This document shows positions 18,156 to 25,872 of a stretch of DNA of 64,000 bases, in pieces. A program made the position numbers and the translations under genes. The stretch covers positions 150,199 through 214,198 of the IMG/VR virus record IMGVR_UViG_3300048924_000100; one strand, 5' to 3'. The first letter of the stretch is position 1. Each line of letters begins with the position of its first letter. The notes under the pieces are model-generated. The model did not search any database and was not told the origin of the DNA. It saw only the letters and a list, made by a program, of their open reading frames with translations.

Positions 18156-20474
18156 ATGATTAAACCAACAAACCCAGCTGCTGTGCAGATCCCGGACGGG
18201 CCTAACAACTCGATGAATCCGATGGGTCGGCCAGGTTACAACATGAACCAACAGCAAATGAACACCGCCCAGCAGTCTCCGGGTGATGTCATTCGCAACA
18301 TTCTGTCGCAAAACCTGAACAACACCAATGCTGCAACTGGTGGTGGTTTTAACTGGGGCGCTGCGGGCGGTAGTCTTTACGAAGACGATGCACTCCGCTC
18401 GTTGCGTACCAGTCAGGAAAACGATCCAACCAGCAACGCCTACTTGATTGACCGGGTAGCCGGTGCAATGCAAATGTTCCTGCAACAGATCTATCACCGT
18501 GCTGGACCTTTCTTTGAAGAGTACCGTAAAGCGCGCGAAGACTTCCGCATGAACGAGATGCAGCAAGTCGATGAGATTCGCAATGCATTTATTGATGACG
18601 TTAACAAGCAGCACGAGTTCACCCGCATCATCGCGATTAACTCCATGCCGTTCTTCGGTAAGGGTCTGATCGAGCTGTTGCGTACTGGCAACCGTGATCA
18701 GCTGCAACAGGCTGAATATCTGAACACGGCGTTTATTGCCTGTCGTAACGTGCTGTTCTTTGAAATGATTAACTGGTTGATGAAGTCGCCTAACGGCCGC
18801 CGTTATACCAACCGGTTGACTAAAGCTATCCAGTCGCGTATCAGCAACCTGGAGAACTTTAAGGAAGCTGCCGCAGCGGTATACGAAGTCTTTAACCAGA
18901 CCTCGCCGTACAACAACCTGGAGTTCAAGCGACCTGAATCGACCCGTACCGATTACAACATGCTTTACGGTCCGGCGTCAGATTACATTCAGCGTTCGTT
19001 CGAGCCCCAAGCTGTGCCGTCAGCAGCGTATCAGGATGAAGCCATGCGTGATATTTACAACATGGTAAACCAGAACGCAAACAACCGGGGCCAGTTCCAG
19101 CGTCCCCCTCAGGATAGATCACTTGTGATTGGAGGTGAGGTTATGCAAAGTTGGGATGAGGTGCGTAAAGACTTCAACAATCTGAAACCCGATAACCGTG
19201 GTGAGTTCCGGCTTAACCGGTTCTTCTACAGCATCGGGAAACCAAATCACTACTTCATCCCGGAGAGTGACTGGAAGAAGATTCAACACGCTTACCACCG
19301 TCACGAGGAACAGAAGGCAGAAGAAACAGTTCTCAAGGACTGCTTCCGTATTGTCATCATCGACCTCGAGAACGACGACGGCTGGTTCAGTACAATCGTC
19401 CGTAAAGAGGGCCTCGATATGCAAAGTGTCCTCACGGACCCGGCTAAGTTATTGCCGCTGTTGGAAAACCCAGACGAGTTGGATGACTCCTGGGTGGTTA
19501 AGCCTTATCCGTTGGCAGACGTCGTGGTTGAGAAAACCATGGACATCCCAATCGAAACCGTCGAGAAGATGGAACAGGCTGTACCGGTTATCGCAGTTGA
19601 TGATGCTGTTATCGGCAACTCTAGCGAAGGCCTGCTGACCACAATCAACACTGTTAACGATCGACTGACGTCCCGCTTCACCAAAATTAACGCCGTTGGT
19701 TTCAACGCTGTTAACTGGGACACTTACACCTGCAAGTCGAAAGAAGAGAAAGACCTGCTGCACGAAGACCTGGCGTTCCTGTTCAAGGACAACGACGGTC
19801 GCGCAAGCTTTGTCAATGCTGTTGCTGCTGTTGCTCGTTACGAACTCCAGAAAAAGGTTAGCCCTGACCTGATCAAGTTCATTGGTGGTCATCTGACTCA
19901 GGTGGTCAACAACTGGCTGATTAACTGTGCGGGCTACAACCCGAACAAGAACGGTAAGGGTCACCTGTCGGTTAGCAACATCCTGACTGACTATCGCGAG
20001 CTGATTGATTGGCTGAAACAACGCGATCCTGAAACCATGCTGCACCTGGTAGAAATGGAAAAAGCCAACTACCTCAACGAATCGGTCCGTATGTTCGACT
20101 TCGTCAACCCTTACACGTTGACTGAAGGCAAAGAACCGACGGCTATCGATCTGTTGAAAGCAGAACTGGAACTGACCGTAGGTCGCCGCATGTATGTTAA
20201 TGTGGTGAACAAGCGTACTGGTCCAGCGTATACCGAAGCTAATGTTCCAGTGCGTATCAAGCGCAGCAAGTGGCCGGAATACTTCAAGATGATTGAAGAC
20301 GGCTTCGATGAAACCATGGGTGAACTCGGCGACGTAACTGTCACTGACAAACTGCTGCGCTTCTCTGAAAGTGGCGGGCTGTGGTTGTTCAGTTACTCCA
20401 TCATCGATCGTAACGTTGCTACACTGCGCTTCGTGTCTCATGATAAGCCACTGTGCTTGCTGGGACTCTGCTAA
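18156..20474 (+). CDS. Large conserved hypothetical protein with N/Q/M-rich N-terminus
   Basis: 772 aa, AGGAG RBS, downstream of the nvRNAP subunit gene. Confidence 0.75.
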   Translation: MIKPTNPAAVQIPDGPNNSMNPMGRPGYNMNQQQMNTAQQSPGDVIRNILSQNLNNTNAATGGGFNWGAAGGSLYEDDALRSLRTSQENDPTSNAYLIDRVAGAMQMFLQQIYHRAGPFFEEYRKAREDFRMNEMQQVDEIRNAFIDDVNKQHEFTRIIAINSMPFFGKGLIELLRTGNRDQLQQAEYLNTAFIACRNVLFFEMINWLMKSPNGRRYTNRLTKAIQSRISNLENFKEAAAAVYEVFNQTSPYNNLEFKRPESTRTDYNMLYGPASDYIQRSFEPQAVPSAAYQDEAMRDIYNMVNQNANNRGQFQRPPQDRSLVIGGEVMQSWDEVRKDFNNLKPDNRGEFRLNRFFYSIGKPNHYFIPESDWKKIQHAYHRHEEQKAEETVLKDCFRIVIIDLENDDGWFSTIVRKEGLDMQSVLTDPAKLLPLLENPDELDDSWVVKPYPLADVVVEKTMDIPIETVEKMEQAVPVIAVDDAVIGNSSEGLLTTINTVNDRLTSRFTKINAVGFNAVNWDTYTCKSKEEKDLLHEDLAFLFKDNDGRASFVNAVAAVARYELQKKVSPDLIKFIGGHLTQVVNNWLINCAGYNPNKNGKGHLSVSNILTDYRELIDWLKQRDPETMLHLVEMEKANYLNESVRMFDFVNPYTLTEGKEPTAIDLLKAELELTVGRRMYVNVVNKRTGPAYTEANVPVRIKRSKWPEYFKMIEDGFDETMGELGDVTVTDKLLRFSESGGLWLFSYSIIDRNVATLRFVSHDKPLCLLGLC

Positions 20475-20501
20475 ATATCTGCATGGATATTTAAGGTAAG
20501 T

Positions 20502-20531
20502 AACCTAACAGGGGTGACGCCCTGTTAGGTT
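20502..20531 (+). terminator. Hairpin terminator
   Basis: 12-bp stem aacctaacaggg/ccctgttaggtt. Confidence 0.65.
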
Positions 20532-20553
20532 GCACCTATGGTGTGCTTTGTTT

Positions 20554-20598
20554 TTTAAGATACAGTTAATCTCACGTCTATATTACTTGGGTGATTAA
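20554..20598 (+). promoter_or_regulatory. Early promoter element, copy 1 (TATATTAC at 20579-20586)
   Basis: 41/45 nt identical to 56756-56800; contains the phiKZ early consensus TATATTAC. Confidence 0.8.
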
Positions 20599-20641
20599 GA
20601 CAATAAAGTCTTTCATACTTATCCCAGCTGGAGTAATAAAC

Positions 20642-20974
20642 ATGACTTCTTTGAATCAAACAGAACGCGCCGCAATCGAAAAATCTTTCCGTGGCGACCG
20701 CAACGACGGCGTGAGTGTTGGTCAAATCGCCGGCGTAGCTGGTGCTCTGATTGGCGCAGCAGCATGTGTATCTCAGGGCAGTTCCCTGGGTGCTGGTATC
20801 GCAGGCGGTATCGCAGGCGGCGTTGCCGGCTATGCAGTAGGTACCTGCTGGGGTCTGGTAGAAGTAAACACCACTGGCAAGATCATCAGTGGCACCATGT
20901 CCGGTCTGTTCGGCGCTGGTGTCGCCAGTTCCATCTGCTCCATCGTTGATTGTTTCGTAAACGAGCCTAAGTAA
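20642..20974 (+). CDS. Small glycine-zipper membrane protein
   Basis: 110 aa from ATG 20642 (GGAG RBS); GxxxG-rich hydrophobic segments; homologous to the C-terminus of 56858-58006. Confidence 0.7.
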   Translation: MTSLNQTERAAIEKSFRGDRNDGVSVGQIAGVAGALIGAAACVSQGSSLGAGIAGGIAGGVAGYAVGTCWGLVEVNTTGKIISGTMSGLFGAGVASSICSIVDCFVNEPK

Positions 20975-20984
20975 TCTAGGCTGC

Positions 20985-21019
20985 AAATAAAGGAGAGTGT
21001 GAACTCTCCTTTATTTTTT
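20985..21019 (+). terminator. Intrinsic terminator
   Basis: Stem aaataaaggagagt/actctcctttattt plus T-run; makes the glycine-zipper gene monocistronic. Confidence 0.8.
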
Positions 21020-21034
21020 GTCTCCTAAGAGGAA

Positions 21035-21406
21035 ATGGCCATGCTCCTGAAACTCCATCCGCAACACGTAATGGGTTTGTCTATTGTTGACCAAATCCTT
21101 GACCACCTTCAAGAGATGATTGTGGCAGGTGACTGGCCGGAAAACATTCGGCCCACCAAAGATATTATCACTGAGCTAGGTATTGTAGTAAGCGGGGATG
21201 ATTTTTCTAATACTCTCAATAGGTATCACGCGTTCCTTTACGTAGGAGCGCCTGAGGGTCTTCCCCGTACGTTTGCAAGCTTCTACCGTAGTCAGCCCTT
21301 CAAGGATTGGATCATCCTCCTTAAACCGAAGGATAACCACCTAGCTGACCCGGTGTATGTTTTCTCTGCCGCCAGCTCAGTAGCTTATTCCCCAACTCTT
21401 CACTAA
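21035..21406 (+). CDS. Hypothetical protein
   Basis: 123 aa, GAGGA RBS. Confidence 0.6.
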   Translation: MAMLLKLHPQHVMGLSIVDQILDHLQEMIVAGDWPENIRPTKDIITELGIVVSGDDFSNTLNRYHAFLYVGAPEGLPRTFASFYRSQPFKDWIILLKPKDNHLADPVYVFSAASSVAYSPTLH

Positions 21407-21417
21407 AGGACATTATT

Positions 21418-21972
21418 GTGAAAGACAACGACTTCAAGAATTTGACCGGCGAAGATCTCGGTGCTCTTCTTGGTGTTTACCTGACTACCCGTAGTGACAT
21501 CACCCCGGCAATCTTCAAGGGTGCTGAAACTCCTCGTGGTCAGGAGCTCGTTGAAGAGGTCCAACGCCGTTTGAAACTGTATGAGCCTAACCCACAGGGT
21601 AGTCGTGACACACTGCCGCATCCGCCTTTCACATACCCTCTTGATGCATGCTTTAATCTAGTCGGCATTAATGCTGCAATCAAGGAAGTCCATGACCTAA
21701 TGCAAGCCATGGTGAGTGCTGGTAAGTACCCGACCTGGTGGCCACCTCTTATAACAGCACAGCTCATGTTCGAAGACGTCATCCGGTGGCAACGGAGTGG
21801 CTTATGCGAAAGAGGCGCAATGTTTGCTGAATACATGGTTGTTTTCCCCACCCAAAATAACAAGGTGTTAAAAGCGGTTAACACTGAGAAGCCGAATACC
21901 CGCTACACCTATCCAGCGTTCTTCTTTATAGCAATGAAGAAGGATAAGGCCGATGTATTGGAAACCGAGTAA
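21418..21972 (+). CDS. Hypothetical protein
   Basis: 184 aa, GTG start with AAGGA RBS. Confidence 0.6.
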   Translation: MKDNDFKNLTGEDLGALLGVYLTTRSDITPAIFKGAETPRGQELVEEVQRRLKLYEPNPQGSRDTLPHPPFTYPLDACFNLVGINAAIKEVHDLMQAMVSAGKYPTWWPPLITAQLMFEDVIRWQRSGLCERGAMFAEYMVVFPTQNNKVLKAVNTEKPNTRYTYPAFFFIAMKKDKADVLETE

Positions 21973-21976
21973 TACG

Positions 21977-21996
21977 TACCCCGCCTAGGCGGGGTA
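21977..21996 (+). terminator. Hairpin terminator
   Basis: Stem taccccgc/gcggggta; T-rich stretch further downstream. Confidence 0.5.
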
Positions 21997-22092
21997 GTAA
22001 CACCCATTTATTTTTTTGTGTTAAAGAATCTATGGGAGAGAACGTTATGTTCTTTTATAGTACAACTTCCAGAAACCAAAGAGAGTGTAATA

Positions 22093-22740
22093 ATGAGCAT
22101 CCTTAAAGAATACGAACACCTCAGCAACAGCGACGTGGCTGAACACCTGGCCGGTCACCGTCTGGTTCAGGAAGGTCAACGTCAGAAGCGTTTCGAAGGC
22201 GTTGCACTGCCGTTCGGCGAGAAGCTCATCAAGCTGGTCCGTGAGCGTCTGACCGCTCTGACTGGCGATCAGCCTGCTGAACCAGAACAACCGGTACTGG
22301 CTCCGCTGGAACAAACCCTGGCCACCGTATCCGCCATCGGCACTCTGGACGACCTGGTTAACGCCTACGTGACTCTGTTGGCCGCTACCGCTGATCTGGG
22401 CACCGACGAGCAGGTAGACACCGCTCTGGCCGAGATGAAAGACCGTGTTCATGCTGCCGTGGCAGCTACCATCGAACCAGTCCAGGTTGAAGTCCCAGGC
22501 CCAGCTCCAACCGACGAGCAACTGATCGAGCAATTCAGCGCTATCAACAACCTCGCCGACCTGGAAACTGAACTGGCCGGTAGCAACGGCGAAACCGTAG
22601 TGGCTGCTGTTACTGCCATGACCGGTCGTGTGCGTGATGCGGTTATCCGTGATCTGCCAGCTCCAGTAGTTGCAGAAGCAGCACCAGCACCAGAAGCCAA
22701 AGCTGCTAAAACCAGCAAAGAAAAACCAGCTGCACAGTAA
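22093..22740 (+). CDS. Acidic Ala-rich helical protein with internal duplication
   Basis: 215 aa from ATG 22093; highly expressed codon usage; repeated SAIxxLxDL and AMxxRVxxAV segments. Confidence 0.7.
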   Translation: MSILKEYEHLSNSDVAEHLAGHRLVQEGQRQKRFEGVALPFGEKLIKLVRERLTALTGDQPAEPEQPVLAPLEQTLATVSAIGTLDDLVNAYVTLLAATADLGTDEQVDTALAEMKDRVHAAVAATIEPVQVEVPGPAPTDEQLIEQFSAINNLADLETELAGSNGETVVAAVTAMTGRVRDAVIRDLPAPVVAEAAPAPEAKAAKTSKEKPAAQ

Positions 22741-22752
22741 TCAACCATAAGG

Positions 22753-22788
22753 CTAACCCTCCACTCCCGTAAAGGAGTGGAGGGTTAG
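22753..22788. terminator. Bidirectional terminator
   Basis: 15-bp stem ctaaccctccactcc/ggagtggagggttag between convergent genes. Confidence 0.75.
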
Positions 22789-22815
22789 TTATAGCTGTTT
22801 CTTTTTTGCTACTTA

Positions 22816-25800
22816 CTAGAACGGGTCAAACTTCTTACCACCAGGGGCATCATCCGCCGGAGGAGCATCGTCGTCTTTCGCTGTGTCATCAGCATCAGGC
22901 TCCGCATCATCCGCAACAGTCGGTGCATCATCATCCCCAGGAGGATTGTCACCAGCACCAGAATCATCGATAGGAGCATCAATGTCTTGATCACCGGTAT
23001 CCGCGCCCGTATCCAGAGAAGCATCATCAGTTCCGCCACCAGCGCTAGCATCAGGAATAACCCCATCACCACCTTCCTCGCCTTCGACAGGTTCTTCAGG
23101 TGGCGCAAGTTTCTTCGCCAACTTATCCCCGTACTGTTTCTTAAGCTTCTTGTTGGAGTCCGTGATCCCGTCAATGAGATCAGCCACAAAGCCAGCAGTG
23201 TTGATACGCTGATGCAGCATCTGCTGAACCAGAGACGCAATACCACCACCTTTACCCTCGTTAACAATGTCATCAAATGGCATCGGCAAGTTAAACCGAC
23301 GGAAGGCTTCAGACGTCAACGCAGATTTGACCATGGCCTTAATCTCTACGTCAGTGAAGTCTTCGTTTTCGATGGCCAGTGCCTTCAAGATCTGAGGGAG
23401 TACGCCATTGTTGCCCGCAGCCTCTTCCCAAGCCTGTACAAGCGCAGTTACGGCTTCCAAGCTATCCTTCAGCTTGTTAGTCGACTCGGTGCTTGTAGGC
23501 ACTGGTAGGTAGCAATAAACCGAACTGAAGAAGTCTGCCAAGATAACCTTGACTTTATCCTCGTCGCTGCCTTCCAGAGCTTCTTTACTGTCAGGACCCC
23601 ACAGCTTCTTGTTGTCCAGGATGTACTGAACAAGGTCTTGCATCAGAGGACCGTTAACCCGCGCGTGTTTACGCATGAAGTCAATCAAGAATTCGCAGAT
23701 CATTTCCTGCCAGTTAACAGCCTGGTTAAACACCATCTCGTATTCCGTCACAGCTTCGATCTTGAAGTTGTTCTGGTCATCCGCTACGTCCAGCCATGCA
23801 CGAGGCAGGTTGAAGTAGTTGGAGATAGAGTTCATTACTGCGTCACGGCTATCCTTGTCTACCGGATGGAAGTTATCCTTCTGTTTACCCTGAGTGCTGA
23901 TATCCGGTGTAGGCAAGTGAACGTTGTCACCAGCGTTAACCTTAACCGACAGAGAGGCCTCCCGCAAAGCATCCACTACCTGAGGAACCGACAGTTGAGC
24001 CGTCGACAGGATAGAGTGAAGCTTGGGGTTGCAGTCAAAGAAGGTAGCACGGGCAATCGCAATGGTTTGTTCTGGGTCCGAGTCCTCCTTCTCGATGTTA
24101 ATAACCATCTCGGTATGAGGCTGAGCAGCTTCCAGGTTAGCCAAGGCGTCGGCCAGGTCATAGGCCGCCAGACGAGCGATGTGCATCTTGGCCGCTTGAG
24201 TAAGGGATTGACCAATACCCAGGCGGTTGAACTTGATAGCGCCGTAGGAGACAGCCTCACCCGGTACGTACAAGCAACGCACACCCTGCTTCTTGAAGAT
24301 ACGGGACAGGAAGATCTTGTTGACCTCCTCATCCAGCGTGATACTGATGTTCTTGCCCTTGTCGCTATAAACAGCAGAGATGAATTGACGAACAATACTC
24401 TTCTGAGCCATGTCCGCAAACTCCGACATATCGAAGTCACAAGGATTACCGGACTGTACCGCACGCAAGCTGGAGATCAGCGAGTTATCGCTACCCATCT
24501 TGTTCTTGTTGCCGATGCTTTCCTTGTTCTTCGCCAGCGACTGGTAGAACTCTGGATCATCAGTGTTCTTGAGGAACTCACCGGTCTCTGGGTCGAGCAG
24601 GATGATGTAGTCATCGATCTTGCCGTTACTACCGTTGAAGTGGATCGGGAAGATCGCTTCAGAAGGAATGTGCCAGCTCAGACCACGACCGTAAGGGGCT
24701 ACACTCAACGAGTCATTGGACTTGATGAATTGCAGCGACTGAGAACGAATGTTGCGCGACTTGAACACAGTAGCGTTCAGGTGGTTCAACTGGTCTTCAG
24801 TCAGGTTCTGGGTAGTGGCGTGTGGCTGACCTTTCTTGTCACCCTTAGGCTCTTTATCGTCCTTAGGTGTCTTCTTGTCCTTACCGCCCTTCTTGCTCTC
24901 TTCTTCCTCAGCCTTAGCTGCTTCAGCGTCACGACCCTTCTGGGACTGCATAGCAGAGGAGATGATGTTATCAAAACTCTCTGCACCCATCACCGATGTG
25001 ATATCTCGATTGCGCTTGGCCTCCTGGAACTTCTGGAGGTACAGCACAGACGGGTTATCGGTAATGGTAATGCCGAACAGGTTCTCGGTATCTTCCTTAG
25101 GGTCGAAGATCGGGAACTCTTCCTCAGTGGTTTCAGCACTGGAGGTAAAGAGGGATTCCAGACCGCTGATTGCAGCAGCCTTAGTTGGGTTGTAAGGGTT
25201 GCGAACAAAACGACCTTTGTTACGCACTTTGTTCTTGCCGTCGGCACCAACAACGAACTCAGCATTGAGTGCTGAACAAGCCTTGGTGTACTCTTCGTTA
25301 CCTGTCCGTTTGGAAGGGTCAACTTCAGAGCCGTTGATCAAGTAATCCAGGCCAGGACGGCTCAGGTTAAAGATCGCATAGGACCCGGTATTCCACATGA
25401 TATCGTCGAGCATCTTCTTAAGAAGCGACTCGATCTTATAGTCATTGGTGTAATAATCGTCCCAGATGGACAGCAGACCGGTGTGCATGGCTGCGTTTTT
25501 AATTTTGGTACTCTGGGAATCGTAGGTCAACATCTTGTCCTGTTTCCCGTTAGGGTAGAGGATGATCGTGTTCCAGATCAAGTTGGCCTTATCGATCATC
25601 GGTGTGATGGCCCGTAGGTCATACGCCGAGTTGATGTTATTGCTGATAATGTTGCTCAGCCGTGTAAGCTTGTATTCGTTGATGGTCTTAGTCCCACCAA
25701 CTTCCTCACGATCAGGAGCGACCCCATTCTTAGGCGTCGCGTTGCGCAAGGTAGCCTGGACTGCTGGCGACACATTCTTGATGTTCTCACGAATCTTGGT

Positions 25801-25851
25801 GTAGTCGACCGACTTGTTACCGCTAGTCGCTGCGCGCGTTTCGAACCCCAT
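22816..25851 (-). CDS. Portal protein (phiKZ gp129-like)
   Basis: 1011 aa from ATG 25851 (GAGG RBS). Portal-like segments (VRCLYVPGEAVSY, GIGQSL, YFNLPRAWLD); acidic low-complexity C-tail; divergent from the gp128-like gene. Confidence 0.7.
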   Translation of the reverse strand: MGFETRAATSGNKSVDYTKIRENIKNVSPAVQATLRNATPKNGVAPDREEVGGTKTINEYKLTRLSNIISNNINSAYDLRAITPMIDKANLIWNTIILYPNGKQDKMLTYDSQSTKIKNAAMHTGLLSIWDDYYTNDYKIESLLKKMLDDIMWNTGSYAIFNLSRPGLDYLINGSEVDPSKRTGNEEYTKACSALNAEFVVGADGKNKVRNKGRFVRNPYNPTKAAAISGLESLFTSSAETTEEEFPIFDPKEDTENLFGITITDNPSVLYLQKFQEAKRNRDITSVMGAESFDNIISSAMQSQKGRDAEAAKAEEEESKKGGKDKKTPKDDKEPKGDKKGQPHATTQNLTEDQLNHLNATVFKSRNIRSQSLQFIKSNDSLSVAPYGRGLSWHIPSEAIFPIHFNGSNGKIDDYIILLDPETGEFLKNTDDPEFYQSLAKNKESIGNKNKMGSDNSLISSLRAVQSGNPCDFDMSEFADMAQKSIVRQFISAVYSDKGKNISITLDEEVNKIFLSRIFKKQGVRCLYVPGEAVSYGAIKFNRLGIGQSLTQAAKMHIARLAAYDLADALANLEAAQPHTEMVINIEKEDSDPEQTIAIARATFFDCNPKLHSILSTAQLSVPQVVDALREASLSVKVNAGDNVHLPTPDISTQGKQKDNFHPVDKDSRDAVMNSISNYFNLPRAWLDVADDQNNFKIEAVTEYEMVFNQAVNWQEMICEFLIDFMRKHARVNGPLMQDLVQYILDNKKLWGPDSKEALEGSDEDKVKVILADFFSSVYCYLPVPTSTESTNKLKDSLEAVTALVQAWEEAAGNNGVLPQILKALAIENEDFTDVEIKAMVKSALTSEAFRRFNLPMPFDDIVNEGKGGGIASLVQQMLHQRINTAGFVADLIDGITDSNKKLKKQYGDKLAKKLAPPEEPVEGEEGGDGVIPDASAGGGTDDASLDTGADTGDQDIDAPIDDSGAGDNPPGDDDAPTVADDAEPDADDTAKDDDAPPADDAPGGKKFDPF

Positions 25852-25872
25852 ATAAACCTCACGAGTTAAACT

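Noticed and set aside
23638-25275. 545-aa ORF opposite the portal, and similar long shadows at 28457-29575, 38090-39364, 42812-44575, 52242-53642 and 56831-57979
   Set aside because: All lie fully opposite well-supported genes and lack independent signals.
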